From the NCBI GenBank assembly GCA_044376115.1, contig JBILLK010000005.1, positions 192,001 to 256,000 of the forward strand: a stretch of 64,000 nucleotides of DNA, read 5' to 3'. The first letter of the stretch is position 1; each line of letters opens with the position of its first letter. A program made the translations under genes and the position numbers. This document shows, one piece after another, positions 38,373 through 48,961 of the stretch. This stretch comes from Polyangiaceae bacterium (GTDB lineage: Bacteria > Myxococcota_A > Polyangia > Polyangiales > Polyangiaceae). The notes under the pieces are model-generated. The model did no database searches and had not been told where the DNA came from. It saw nothing but the letters and a program-made list of their open reading frames with translations.

Positions 38373-39728
38373 ATGAGTCGCATTCATCGCAAGCTCCCGC
38401 CTCCGGGCACCCGAATTGGAATCGCGTTTTCTGGCGGTTTGGATACACGCGCCGCCGTTGCTTGGATGGCCGAGCAAGGGGTGGACGTATTTGCCTATAC
38501 AGCGGATCTCGCCCAGCCCGATGAGGCAACGCCTGCCGACATTCCCCCGATTGCCCTCACTCACGGCGCGAAAAAGGCACGGCTGCTCGATTGTCGTGAA
38601 GCCATGGCGCGGGAGGGCGTCGTTGCGATTCAAACAGGCGCCTTCCATCTGAGCAGTGGTGGCAAGAAGTACTTCAACACGACCCCGCTCGGTCGTGCGG
38701 TCACGGCAACGGCGATCGTTAAGGCGATGAGCGAGGATGGGGTCACCATCTTCGGTGACGGCAGCACGCACAAGGGCAACGATATCCAGCGGTTCTTCCG
38801 CTACGGCATCTTGGTTGAGCCGGAACTACGCATCTACAAGCCCTGGCTTGATGTGAAATTCGTTGAGGCTTTCGGGGGCCGTACCGAGATGAGCGAGTAC
38901 CTCATCAAGCGTGGTCTCCCGTACAAGATGGGCACCGAGAAGGCGTACAGTACCGATGCAAACCTGCTGGGAGCCACGCACGAAGCCAAAGACCTGGAGA
39001 GCCTTGATGCGTCAATGATGATCGTGCAGCCGATCATGGGCGTGGCGCCCTATCGGGCCGATGTTGCCATTCCCAGTGAGCGGGTCACGGTAACATTCGA
39101 GAAGGGCCAGCCTGTCGGGTTGAATGGTCGTTCGCTCGGCTCCGCGCTTGAAGCAATACAGGAGGCCAACGTCATCGGCGGGCGCCACGGGCTCGGCATG
39201 AGCGACCAAATCGAGAACCGGGTGATTGAGGCCAAGAGCCGCGGCATCTACGAAGCGCCGGGAATGGCGCTCTTGCACCTTGCCTACGAGCGACTGCTTT
39301 CGGCCATCTACAACGAAAGCACGCTCGATTTGTACTTCACGCTCGGTCGAAGGCTCGGTCGGCTCTTGTACGAGGGTCGTTGGTACGACCCGGAAAGCTG
39401 GATGCTGAAAGACGCCCTCGTGCGTTGGTTGTGCCCCTCCGTTACGGGGGAAGTGACGCTCGAGCTCCGACGCGGTGACGACTACACGCTGCTTTCCACG
39501 AAGGCTGAACGCATGGCCTACGCACCCCACAAGCTATCCATGGAGCGCGTCGAGGATGCTCCGTTTACTCCGGAAGATCGCATTGGTGCGCTCGAAATGC
39601 AGTCGTTGAGCGTGCTCGACAATCGCGAGCAGCTGCTCGGTCATCTGGCAGCCTCGGCAGCGCTTGGACAGGGAGGCGCCGCGCTTGGGTTGCTCCTCTC
39701 TGGGCCGGGTACCAAGCCTCAATCATGA
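38373..39728 (+). CDS. argG: argininosuccinate synthase (E. coli-like subfamily)
   Basis: [68 protein letters not shown]. Confidence 0.96.
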   Translation: MSRIHRKLPPPGTRIGIAFSGGLDTRAAVAWMAEQGVDVFAYTADLAQPDEATPADIPPIALTHGAKKARLLDCREAMAREGVVAIQTGAFHLSSGGKKYFNTTPLGRAVTATAIVKAMSEDGVTIFGDGSTHKGNDIQRFFRYGILVEPELRIYKPWLDVKFVEAFGGRTEMSEYLIKRGLPYKMGTEKAYSTDANLLGATHEAKDLESLDASMMIVQPIMGVAPYRADVAIPSERVTVTFEKGQPVGLNGRSLGSALEAIQEANVIGGRHGLGMSDQIENRVIEAKSRGIYEAPGMALLHLAYERLLSAIYNESTLDLYFTLGRRLGRLLYEGRWYDPESWMLKDALVRWLCPSVTGEVTLELRRGDDYTLLSTKAERMAYAPHKLSMERVEDAPFTPEDRIGALEMQSLSVLDNREQLLGHLAASAALGQGGAALGLLLSGPGTKPQS

Positions 39729-39795
39729 GGGTTTCTTAGGGCATATCGGCTGTTTGTGAGCTAGCATTGGCCAGCTCTTAGGAGGTCTTTGGTCA

Positions 39796-41538
39796 ATGGG
39801 TCGCCACGGCCGTACGCAGCTGATATTCAGGCAGTTATCCGAGGGCGCGAGCTCATGGAGTTCGCGTCTTGCCGCCTCCCTTCTGCTTCTCACCGCCCAA
39901 GGGTGCGTGGGTGACATTGGAGACGGCGAGCAGACCCGAGCCGTTGTGGAGCCAATCTGCAACGGTCAGGTTTCGCCGGGCAAGTCGCCGATTCGGCGAC
40001 TCACTCGCTACGAATACAACAACACCGTACGCGATTTGCTCGGCGTAGTGGGTGAGCCCGCCAACGAGCTTCCAGCCGAAGAGGAGGCGCTCGGTTTCGC
40101 TAACAATGCGAGTGCGCTCAACGTGTCGCCGCTGCTCGCCGAGAAGTATATGACGCTCGCCGAGTCGGTGAGTCAGCTGGCGAATAGCGACCCAGAAGCG
40201 CTCACAGGATGCTCTATCACTACAACCCCTGATGAGCAGAGCGCTTGCATCCGAACGTTCATCGAGACGTTTGGGAAGAAGGCCTTTCGTCGCCCGCTCA
40301 CAGCCCAAGAGATTTCCAGCTTCGAGCAGGTTTATGGCGCCGCAGCTGAAGTTTACTTTGATGCGGAAGATCTCGAGGAGACGGCGTTCCGTGAGGGCGT
40401 CGGCATGGTGCTCGAAGCCTTCTTGCAGTCCCCTGAGTTCTTGTATCGCGTTGAGCTTGGTGAGGGCGTCACGCCTTTTGCGACGGCTGAAGGCCTCGAG
40501 GTCGTCCCACTAACCTCCTGGGAGATGGCTTCTCGCCTTTCCTTCTTCCTCTGGGGCTCGATGCCAGATGATGAGCTGTTCTCACTCGCGGACGCAGACC
40601 GCCTCACCACCAAGGAGCAAGTTGCGAGTCAGGCGCGGCGCATGCTGGCCGACCCACGTGCGCGGGACGCCGTCGCGACCTTTCATCAACAGTGGCTCGA
40701 TTACGATCGCGTCAACAATGTCACCAAAGACCCAGAGTTGTTTCCAGAGTGGTCCCCCGCGATTGGCGCGTTGATGCGCGAAGAGATGATGACGTTCGTG
40801 GACCACGTCGTTTTTGACGGTCCCGGTGACTTTGGGACCCTGCTTACGGCCAACTATACGTTTGCCAACAGCGAACTCGCTGGCTTGTACGGCGTTACTT
40901 CCTCTGGTGACGGTTTTGAGCGGGTCGACTTCGAAGCTGAGCAACATTCCGGACTTCTCTCGATGGGAGCGATCCTCGCGTACAACGCGCACACGAACCA
41001 AACGTCACCCATTCACCGAGGCAAGCTTGTGCGGGAGGCGTTCCTCTGCGACACCCTTGCGCCACCGCCGCCAGATCTCGTATTCGAGGTACCAGAGCCA
41101 AGCCCAGACGCCACAACGCGCGAGCGCTTCGCCGAACACTCGAGCAACCCAGCCTGCTCCTCGTGTCACCGCCTGATGGACCCGCTCGGTTTTGGCTTCG
41201 AGAACTTTGATTCCCTAGGTCGCTACCGTACTTCTGAGAGCAACGGTCTTCCCATAGACGCATCCGGAGCCATCGTTGACTCCGATATCGACGGGACGTT
41301 CATTGGGTTGCGTGAGCTGAGCGAGCGGCTAGCAACCAGCGATGAAGTGAAAGCCTGCTACGCAACCATGTGGTTCCGCTTCGCCTATGGTCGCGGCGAG
41401 ACCGCAGAGGACGCCTGTTCGCTGTCAAACGTGGAGAGCTCCTTCAGAAGCTCTGGCGGCAACGTGCGTGAACTCCTCGTCGCCCTCACACAATCTGACG
41501 CTTTCCTTTATCGACTTGCAAGTTCGGAGGCCCAATGA
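39796..41538 (+). CDS. DUF1587/DUF1595/DUF1592/DUF1588/DUF1585 domain lipoprotein
   Basis: RRLTRYEYNNTVRDLLG, LQSPEFLYR, ASRLSFFLWGSMPD, TSPIHRG, CSSCH, DPLGFGFENFD. Confidence 0.92.
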   Translation: MGRHGRTQLIFRQLSEGASSWSSRLAASLLLLTAQGCVGDIGDGEQTRAVVEPICNGQVSPGKSPIRRLTRYEYNNTVRDLLGVVGEPANELPAEEEALGFANNASALNVSPLLAEKYMTLAESVSQLANSDPEALTGCSITTTPDEQSACIRTFIETFGKKAFRRPLTAQEISSFEQVYGAAAEVYFDAEDLEETAFREGVGMVLEAFLQSPEFLYRVELGEGVTPFATAEGLEVVPLTSWEMASRLSFFLWGSMPDDELFSLADADRLTTKEQVASQARRMLADPRARDAVATFHQQWLDYDRVNNVTKDPELFPEWSPAIGALMREEMMTFVDHVVFDGPGDFGTLLTANYTFANSELAGLYGVTSSGDGFERVDFEAEQHSGLLSMGAILAYNAHTNQTSPIHRGKLVREAFLCDTLAPPPPDLVFEVPEPSPDATTRERFAEHSSNPACSSCHRLMDPLGFGFENFDSLGRYRTSESNGLPIDASGAIVDSDIDGTFIGLRELSERLATSDEVKACYATMWFRFAYGRGETAEDACSLSNVESSFRSSGGNVRELLVALTQSDAFLYRLASSEAQ

Positions 41539-42926
41539 GCCGTCTCATCCTCCCGCGAAGGACCTTCTTGAAGGGGCTCGGTGGTGTGTCACTGGCGCTC
41601 CCGCTCATGGGTAGTCTGGGCTGCTCACCGGAAGACCAAAAGCGCATCGAGCGCATCTCCACGGCGCAGCAGCGCGCAGGGCGTTTTCCAAAACGCTTCA
41701 TTTACATGTACACGCCCAATGGCAGTTACGAGACTCCAACGCCGGAGTTTTCAAACTATTGGAACGTGCTTGCGCCGATGCGTGAAAAAATAGCGTTCAT
41801 AACCGGTTTGGACATGCTCTCGTGCATGAAACCACCGGGCGAGCCTCATCAGCAAGGCATGGCCGTTCTGACAGGGCGTAGTCTCAACCCCGGCAACTTT
41901 ATCGGTGGAGACGGCTCGCTTGCTGGCTGGGCAAGTGGCATATCGCTCGACCAAGAGATTGCCAAGGTGATAGGGCAAACCACCAAGCGTTCAACGCTCA
42001 ATCTTGGTGTGCAATCGACGAATCACGGCGGCACTGAGGTGCGTACGGTGTGTAGCTATTTAGGCTCTGATCTGCCAGTGCCCAACGAGACGAACCCCTG
42101 GGACGTTTTCGAGAGCCTGTTCTCCGATCTCGGTTCAGACCCTGAGGGAGCCGAGACGCTCAAGCGCAGGCGAAAGAGCGTGCTCGACCGAGTCGACAAG
42201 AAGTACGAGAAGCTCGTTACCAAGCTATCTGGTGAAGACAAGAAGAAGCTCGAGCAACACCTCGACGCAGTACGAGAGGTTGAAAAGCGGCTGGATACGA
42301 CTGGCGGCGTGATTGGTGGAGACTGTCAGATGCCCACCATTTCCTCAGTCCCGCTCGGTATCGAGCAGTTCCTCGGCGACCCAACCAACTTCCCCACGAT
42401 CGCAAAACTTCATATCGACCTATTGGTGATGGCATTCGCCTGCGATCTGACGCGCGTGGCGACTCTTCAGTTCTCTGCGGCCACCAACAATCGCCCGCAC
42501 CCTTGGCTGCTGCACAATGGGGCGCCAATCCTTGATGATGAGCACGGCCTCAGTCACCAAGCTGACTCGAACACCGCCGCATGGCAAAAGCTAGGTATCA
42601 TTCGCAAATGGAACCTGGAGCAACTCCTCTACCTGATGAATGCACTCAATAACATTCAGGAGGACGAGGGAACGATGCTCGACAATACGGGCATCATCCT
42701 GACGAGCGAAATCTACCGGGGCAACACACATTCGCATATGAACCAGAACTTCCTCGTTGCCGGTGGTTGCGGTGGTGCCTTGAAGATGAATCAGTTCATC
42801 AACTACGACGGTGAAAAGCCTCACAATGACCTATTGGTTTCTATGCTTCAGGCGTATGGGATTGAGACCGATACGTTTGGCGATGAAGAGAGCTGTACGG
42901 GGCCGCTCACCGAGCTAATGGCATGA
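41535..42926 (+). CDS. DUF1552 family protein with Tat signal
   Basis: ATGA overlap; LPRRTFLKGLGG; SLDQEIA, AFACDLTRVATL, GTMLDNT. Confidence 0.92.
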   Translation: MSRLILPRRTFLKGLGGVSLALPLMGSLGCSPEDQKRIERISTAQQRAGRFPKRFIYMYTPNGSYETPTPEFSNYWNVLAPMREKIAFITGLDMLSCMKPPGEPHQQGMAVLTGRSLNPGNFIGGDGSLAGWASGISLDQEIAKVIGQTTKRSTLNLGVQSTNHGGTEVRTVCSYLGSDLPVPNETNPWDVFESLFSDLGSDPEGAETLKRRRKSVLDRVDKKYEKLVTKLSGEDKKKLEQHLDAVREVEKRLDTTGGVIGGDCQMPTISSVPLGIEQFLGDPTNFPTIAKLHIDLLVMAFACDLTRVATLQFSAATNNRPHPWLLHNGAPILDDEHGLSHQADSNTAAWQKLGIIRKWNLEQLLYLMNALNNIQEDEGTMLDNTGIILTSEIYRGNTHSHMNQNFLVAGGCGGALKMNQFINYDGEKPHNDLLVSMLQAYGIETDTFGDEESCTGPLTELMA

Positions 42927-44308
42927 CAGAGAGCGACCTGCTTGGCGCGATAGAGGCCGTCGTAGGCAAAGCCGGTATATCGGTCGACGAATCGGATAAG
43001 GTGGAGTTCGGTCGGGATTGGACGAAGGTCTTCGCGCCAGCCCCGCTCGCCATCGTCAGGCCAAAGACGACTGACGAAGTCTCAGGCGTCCTTCGGCTCT
43101 GCAACGCCGCCAGTAGGGCGGTTGTGCCCTCCGGCGGACGTACGGGGCTCGCGGGGGGAGCCGTCGCCAAGGATCGGGAGATCGTTCTGTCCTTGGGTCG
43201 AATGAACCAGATAGGGCCCGTCGACAAGCTGGGCGCCTCGGTCACGGTGGAAGCAGGCGCAGTCACTCAGGCTGTGCATGAGCACTGCGCGAAAGAAGGG
43301 CTCACCTGGCCTGTCGATTTCGCGTCGAAAGGCTCGAGTCAGATTGGCGGAAACATCGCGACCAACGCCGGCGGGATCAAGGTCATTCGCTATGGTCTGA
43401 CCCGCAACTGGGTGCTCGGGCTCGACGTGGTGCTCGCGGATGGGTCGCACTTGGCCATGGGGCGTGCGCTCGAGAAGAACAATACGGGGCCTGACCTCAG
43501 GCAGCTGTTCATCGGTAGTGAGGGCACGCTCGGTGTGATTACCAAAGCGACGCTCAAGCTCACGCGCCTGCCCGAGGAATGCGAGGTCTTTCTTTTTGCT
43601 GTAAGCGGGATACCCAATGTCCTTCGACTGTTTCGAAGCGCATGTGAGGCTCCCTTTACGTTGCAGGCATTCGAGTTCTTCACTGATAAATGCCTCTCGC
43701 GTGTTCAGCGACACCGCAGGGTGGATAACCCTCTCGACGTAGCCGCCGCTGCCTACGTAGTAATGGAGATCGAAAAGCACCCTTCGTCGATGGGTTGGCT
43801 CGAGATGCTCTTTGAACAGGGCCTCGTTCAGGGCGGAACGATGGGTCAGCACAACGCTCAGAATGCGAAGCTTTGGGAGCTGCGTGAGAGCATTAGCGAG
43901 AGTCTCAGTGCAACAGGGTTGCCACATAAGAACGACATTGCCCTGCCGGTAGCCAATCTCGAGGCTTTCTGCGCGCAGCTGGAAGAGACTATCGCTGCGT
44001 ATTATCCTGGGTTTGAAGTGTGCTTGTTTGGCCACATTGGTGACGGCAACCTCCACGTTAATGTGATGAAGCCCGAAGCCATGGATAAGGCAGAGTTCCT
44101 CACTCGAACTCACGAACTTGATGAACGTATGTTTGCTTTGGTACGCACGCACGATGGAAGCATCTCTGCGGAGCACGGTATCGGCTTGCTCAAGAAGGAC
44201 TTTCTGTCCTTCTCGCGTACGAGTGAAGAGCTTGCGACGATGCGGCTGCTGAAGCGAGCCATGGACCCCAAGGGCATTCTAAACCCAGGGAAGATCTTCG
44301 ACGCGTGA
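42923..44308 (+). CDS. FAD-linked oxidase, D-2-hydroxyglutarate/D-lactate dehydrogenase family
   Basis: PSGGRTGLAGG, IGGNIATNAGG, KNNTGPDLRQLFIGSEGTLG, GHIGDGNLH, SISAEHGIG. Confidence 0.92.
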   Translation: MTESDLLGAIEAVVGKAGISVDESDKVEFGRDWTKVFAPAPLAIVRPKTTDEVSGVLRLCNAASRAVVPSGGRTGLAGGAVAKDREIVLSLGRMNQIGPVDKLGASVTVEAGAVTQAVHEHCAKEGLTWPVDFASKGSSQIGGNIATNAGGIKVIRYGLTRNWVLGLDVVLADGSHLAMGRALEKNNTGPDLRQLFIGSEGTLGVITKATLKLTRLPEECEVFLFAVSGIPNVLRLFRSACEAPFTLQAFEFFTDKCLSRVQRHRRVDNPLDVAAAAYVVMEIEKHPSSMGWLEMLFEQGLVQGGTMGQHNAQNAKLWELRESISESLSATGLPHKNDIALPVANLEAFCAQLEETIAAYYPGFEVCLFGHIGDGNLHVNVMKPEAMDKAEFLTRTHELDERMFALVRTHDGSISAEHGIGLLKKDFLSFSRTSEELATMRLLKRAMDPKGILNPGKIFDA

Positions 44309-44365
44309 GCGTATCCGCGGAACTCTTCTCTTGAGCCAATGTCCCTCTTAACCACGGAGGGTCGT

Positions 44366-44734
44366 ATGAAAGAGTTCTTCATCAACGGGGGTTGGGGAAT
44401 GTTCCCAACTCTTGCTCTTGGTTGCTTCCTACTAGGCGCAGTCGTGCGAGCTATTGTCAATCCTCGCTCCAACGCATCGGAGATCATTCTGCCGCTTGGG
44501 GTGGCCACGATCACGGCGGGCTTCTTGGGCTTTGTATTGGGGTTGATGGCGACCTTCCGACATATTGGCGAGGTTGGGGGCAACGGCACCATCGCTATGG
44601 TGGGCGCTGGCGAATCCCTCTCCAATCTCGCATTAGCGTTTGGCCTCGTTCTCGCCGCCGCGATTCTATTTGCCGTTGGTCGGGGCGTACGGCCGGTCTA
44701 TACCACCCGAAGCGATGAGCCGAACGCACGGTGA
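44366..44734 (+). CDS. small 3-TM protein, short MotA/TolQ/ExbB-like
   Basis: GGAGG RBS; FFINGGWGMFP...GFLGFVLGLMATF...GAGESL. Confidence 0.65.
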   Translation: MKEFFINGGWGMFPTLALGCFLLGAVVRAIVNPRSNASEIILPLGVATITAGFLGFVLGLMATFRHIGEVGGNGTIAMVGAGESLSNLALAFGLVLAAAILFAVGRGVRPVYTTRSDEPNAR

Positions 44735-45140
44735 AGACTCGGTCGAGATAGAGGCTACCCCCTACGAACTGTTGGGGGGTACTGAACCGGTCCTAGCGTT
44801 AGCCCAACGTTTCTACGACGAGATGGAGCTTCACGAGCCCGAACTGACGAGGCTCCATGCTTGTGACGCCAATGGCAGGGTCGAACAGGATTCGCGCGAT
44901 AAGTTCGCTCTATTCCTGGTTGGGTGGCTGGGGGGCCCACAGGACTACGTAGCAGCTCACGGCCATCCACGGCTGCGTATGCGGCACGCGAAGGTCCGTG
45001 TCGACATCCCGATGCGAGACGCTTGGCTTCGTGCGATGAGCCGCACACTCGACGCCTGCGGCATCGTTGGGCCCGTACGCAGCTACCTCGATGTGCGGTT
45101 CGCCGAGGTAGCTGACTTTATGCGCAATACTCCGGGCTGA
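44715..45140 (+). CDS. group II truncated hemoglobin (GlbO-like)
   Basis: YELLGG...LAQRFY...WLGGPQDY...GHPRLRMRH...RDAWL. Confidence 0.92.
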   Translation: MSRTHGEDSVEIEATPYELLGGTEPVLALAQRFYDEMELHEPELTRLHACDANGRVEQDSRDKFALFLVGWLGGPQDYVAAHGHPRLRMRHAKVRVDIPMRDAWLRAMSRTLDACGIVGPVRSYLDVRFAEVADFMRNTPG

Positions 45141-45145
45141 GTGGC

Positions 45146-46369
45146 TCAGCGCTGGGCGAGCCGCCGGGTCTTGATGGAGGTGGACAGCGCGCTGATTTGG
45201 TCGCTTACCGCGGTCGTCAGCTGCTGATCCAGGTCCATAATGAGATAACCTACATTGCTATCCGTCGCCAAGACTTGGGCGAAGATATTGGCTTTGGCCT
45301 CAGAGATGACGTGGGTGATGTCCCCAATGACACCGGGGACATTCTTATGAATATTGGCGATGCGGTGTTTGCCACTTGAAAGTGGATGCTCGATCGCAGG
45401 GAAGTTGACGGACCCTGTCGTGGTTCCCAGCGTAATGTACTTGGCAAGCGAGGAGGCGACCTCGCGGCCAATCGCTTCTTGCGCCTCCTCAGTACTGCCG
45501 CCAATGTGGGGGGTGAGAATCACGTTGGGTAGTCCTTGCAGTTCGGAGGTGAAGCCCTCACCGTTTCCCTCCGGTTCATCGGGGTAGACGTCGACTGCGG
45601 CGCCGCCAATGTGCCCCGATCGAAGTGCCGCCGCTAACTGATCGATCACGACCACCGTTCCCCGACTGGCGTTGAGCAAGGAGGCCCCTGGCTTCATCAT
45701 CGCCAGCTCTGAGCCGCCAATCATGTGGTGAGTCTGAGCCGTCGCGGGGACGTGCAACGTCACAAAGTCGCTCGTGCGCAGTAGCTCTTCGAGCGAGGAC
45801 ACCGAGCGGTTGTTACCCATGGGGAGTCGAGTTGCCACGTCGTAGAAGATGACTCGCAGGCCCATCGATTCAGCCAGCACACCAAGCTGCGAGCCAATGT
45901 GCCCGTAGCCCACGATGCCAAGCGTCTTGCCGCGGATTTCTCTACAGCCGACGGCCTTCTTGTTCCAACGACCCGCATGTACCTCACTCGAGCGGTCACC
46001 AAGTTGTCGTGCGAGCATGATGATCTCCGCGATCATCAACTCAGCGACGCTGCGGGTATTGGACAACGGAGCGTTGAAGACCGGCACCCCAGACTGATTG
46101 GCGAAGTCGAGCTGGACTTGGTTGGTCCCAATACAAAAGCAACCCACCGAGAGAAGGCGAGGTGCCGCCTCGAAGACCTCTTTGGTTACCTGGGTCTTGC
46201 TGCGAATGCCTAGGATGTCAAAGCCGCTAACCAGTGAGGGCAGCTCCGCCGCGGGCGGCGATTTGTCCATAGCCGTAACCGAGATGCCTTCAGCGGCGAG
46301 TATCTCGCGCGCGCCAGGGTGGATGCCTTCAAGTAGCAGAGCCTTCAACGGGCCTTGAGTGGAACTCAT
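45146..46369 (-). CDS. serA: D-3-phosphoglycerate dehydrogenase (E. coli type, ACT domain)
   Basis: GIRSKT, GCFCIGTNQV, NAPLSNTRSVAEL, GYGHIG, NASRG, TPHIGGSTEEAQ, HKNVPGV. Confidence 0.95.
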   Translation of the reverse strand: MSSTQGPLKALLLEGIHPGAREILAAEGISVTAMDKSPPAAELPSLVSGFDILGIRSKTQVTKEVFEAAPRLLSVGCFCIGTNQVQLDFANQSGVPVFNAPLSNTRSVAELMIAEIIMLARQLGDRSSEVHAGRWNKKAVGCREIRGKTLGIVGYGHIGSQLGVLAESMGLRVIFYDVATRLPMGNNRSVSSLEELLRTSDFVTLHVPATAQTHHMIGGSELAMMKPGASLLNASRGTVVVIDQLAAALRSGHIGGAAVDVYPDEPEGNGEGFTSELQGLPNVILTPHIGGSTEEAQEAIGREVASSLAKYITLGTTTGSVNFPAIEHPLSSGKHRIANIHKNVPGVIGDITHVISEAKANIFAQVLATDSNVGYLIMDLDQQLTTAVSDQISALSTSIKTRRLAQR

Positions 46370-46472
46370 TCTGGAGCCGAGATACACCGGAAGGAAGTTG
46401 CTCGCAAACAACGTTTGCGCGTGTTCTCGACGGCCGCTTGACGTGTGCGCCTGGGTCATCGATGTTCCAAGA

Positions 46473-47123
46473 GTGAATCGGCTGCGCGCAGTGCTTCTTG
46501 TAGCCGTTGCTCTTGGTGTACTGGCGGTATGGGCCTCCGGCCTCTTTGAGCTGCTAGGGGACCCCGAAGTCCTTCGTAGCAAGCTTCTCGCGATGGGGCC
46601 GTGGGGCTACGTCGTCTACTTGGTTGCCTTTGCTGTGTTGCAACCTGCAGGCGTTCCAGGTGTGGCGCTCATCTTTGCTTCAACCTACGTGTGGCCCAAG
46701 CCAGTTGCCTATGGCCTGAGCTTGGTGGGCGCGATGCTCGGCGCGACCTTGGGCTTCTACTTCGCGCGGTTTGTCGGCCAGGACTGGGTGTCGGCCCGGT
46801 TGCCCGCACGGCTTCGAAAGTACGACGAGCGGATAGCTTCACGGGGGCTTTCAACGGCCTTTACTTTGCGCATCGTGTTCTGGATGAACCCTTTGGTGCA
46901 TGCGCTCTTTGGCATCTCGCGCGTGTCATTCTCACGCTACGCCCTCGGTACTCTGCTGGGCTACGTTCCGAGTTTGGCCATCGCTGTGTGGGCTTCCGGC
47001 TCAGTGCTTGACCTGTTCAAGTCGCAGCCACCCTGGCGTGTCGCCATTGTACTCGTCAGCGTCGTCGTTTTGGCGCTGCTAGGGCGCGTGTGGATCAGAA
47101 GAAGAAAAGCGCGCACCCTCTAA
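46473..47123 (+). CDS. TVP38/TMEM64 (VTT/DedA-like) membrane protein
   Basis: Multiple TM helices; GAMLGATLGFYFAR...LRIV...GISRVSF..YALGTLLG. Confidence 0.85.
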   Translation: MNRLRAVLLVAVALGVLAVWASGLFELLGDPEVLRSKLLAMGPWGYVVYLVAFAVLQPAGVPGVALIFASTYVWPKPVAYGLSLVGAMLGATLGFYFARFVGQDWVSARLPARLRKYDERIASRGLSTAFTLRIVFWMNPLVHALFGISRVSFSRYALGTLLGYVPSLAIAVWASGSVLDLFKSQPPWRVAIVLVSVVVLALLGRVWIRRRKARTL

Positions 47124-47174
47124 CCGCGCAGGTCGGCTTTGCATTTTCCAGCTCCTCTGCTCTCCTACGGGCGA

Positions 47175-48929
47175 ATGGCTGACGAGACGAAATCCGATGA
47201 AGCAGGTACTGAAGACCAGGCCTTACCCGAAGAGGGAGACGCTATTGCGGATGCCGCTGATTCCGACTCAGCGGAGCAACCGCTTCGCGATGAGCCCAGT
47301 GATGTAACTGCCGACGACGCGTGGCCAGAGGGCTCGCCCGAGCTGAGTTACGCCGCAGCGGCACCCAACATCAACGCGATGAAGCCGCTCCGAGTGGATT
47401 CGCGAGGGGGGACGGCGATAACGATCTTTGGGGCTGGCTTCGTACCTGGATGTCGTGTCCTGGTGGCGGAGGAGGAGTGCATTACCGAGTTCGTTGATGC
47501 CTTCACCTTACGCTTCACAGCGCCAGCAGGTTCTGGATCTGCGAGCGTCGTGGTTGAGGCGCCAAGCGGCAAGCGATCGCCAGAGCCTGGCCTGCTGTTC
47601 TACGCTGAAGGGCCTCGTATCCACCGAGCCATTCCCGCCGAGGGACCGACTGAGGGTGGTATCGAAGTGGTGCTCGAAGGGGAGAACTTTGCTAGCGGTA
47701 TCGTGGTGAGCTTGTTTGGCGAGCACGCTCCTGATTGCGTGTACGAGACGCCCGGCAGGATCACCTTTGTGCTGCCACCTGTTGGAGCGGCCCTCGAAGG
47801 TGCACTCGTGGTAACCACCTTGGATGGCCTAGCGGATCGCTCCGATACTGTATTTCGCTACAAGCCACTGGTCCCCCGCATCGATCAGGTGGACCCGCCA
47901 CATGCTTGGATAAATGGTGGCAAGCTGGTGGCGTTGTACGGCAGGGACTTCCATAAGAATGTCCGGGCTTACGTTGATGGCGCTGAAGCCTTGGTGAACT
48001 TCCGCGACTCTACGCACATTGACGTTGAGGTTCCTCGACGCGAAGCGCCTGGGACTGTTGACATCTCGGTCGAGAACCCCGACCGAAGGCGTGCTGTGCT
48101 GTCTGCCGGCTTTCAATATGAGCCGCTACCAGCTCCACCCAAGCTGCTGGCCTTGCTGCCTGACTCGGGTCCAACGACAGGCGGAAAGACCATTCGGGTA
48201 TCGGGTGACAACTTCCGTGAGGACATCATCGTTCGTGTTGGTGAACTCACCGTAAGTCGCAAGGTGGTGAGCGAGAAGCTCCTCGACTTTGAGCTCCCAG
48301 CTCGCCAGACCCCGGGCAAAGTAGCGATTGAGTTCGTACTTGCCGGCGTGTCAGTGCGTACCGAAGAAGCCTTCACGTACATCAGCCCGCAGGTCCCCAA
48401 GATATCTAGTCTTGAACCACGCTCCGGGCCGACCACTGGCGGGACCCGTGTGGTGTTCGAGGGGGAGGACTTCCCAGCTGGCGCATCCGTTCGCTTTGGA
48501 ACGGAGATGGCCAAGACCGTTTCGGTCAAGAGTTCCACTCGCATGGAAGTCGTCACGCCCGCTGTTCGCGCGGCCGGGCTGGTCGATGTGGTCGTCAGCT
48601 CTGCAGACCGCGGGGATGGCGTGGCGCTCAAGGGCTTCAAGTTCGAGGCTGTGCCCGCTCCGGTCATTACGCTGGTGAGTCCGGCCAAGGGTACGACCGA
48701 GGGAAACACCGAGCTGTCGATCGAAGGTAAGAACTTCATCGAAGGAGCCATCGTGCTTGTTGGTGGGCTTCAGGCGAAGAAGGTGAAACGCATAAGTGGC
48801 AGTGTGCTCGAGGCCTATACGCCTGGAGGTCAGGATGGGGCGCTCGTGGATGTCGTGGTGAAGAACCCCGACGGCCAGCAAGCCGTAATGAAGCGCGCGT
48901 TTCAGTTCGATGCTCGTTACCGCTCGTAG
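47175..48929 (+). CDS. protein with six tandem IPT/TIG domains
   Basis: Six P-x-I-xx-x-P-xx-G-xxxGG-xx-V-x-I-x-G-xx-F repeats; acidic N-terminus. Confidence 0.9.
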   Translation: MADETKSDEAGTEDQALPEEGDAIADAADSDSAEQPLRDEPSDVTADDAWPEGSPELSYAAAAPNINAMKPLRVDSRGGTAITIFGAGFVPGCRVLVAEEECITEFVDAFTLRFTAPAGSGSASVVVEAPSGKRSPEPGLLFYAEGPRIHRAIPAEGPTEGGIEVVLEGENFASGIVVSLFGEHAPDCVYETPGRITFVLPPVGAALEGALVVTTLDGLADRSDTVFRYKPLVPRIDQVDPPHAWINGGKLVALYGRDFHKNVRAYVDGAEALVNFRDSTHIDVEVPRREAPGTVDISVENPDRRRAVLSAGFQYEPLPAPPKLLALLPDSGPTTGGKTIRVSGDNFREDIIVRVGELTVSRKVVSEKLLDFELPARQTPGKVAIEFVLAGVSVRTEEAFTYISPQVPKISSLEPRSGPTTGGTRVVFEGEDFPAGASVRFGTEMAKTVSVKSSTRMEVVTPAVRAAGLVDVVVSSADRGDGVALKGFKFEAVPAPVITLVSPAKGTTEGNTELSIEGKNFIEGAIVLVGGLQAKKVKRISGSVLEAYTPGGQDGALVDVVVKNPDGQQAVMKRAFQFDARYRS

Positions 48930-48961
48930 CCAACATCGAAAGCCCAGGCGATACTCTCCAC

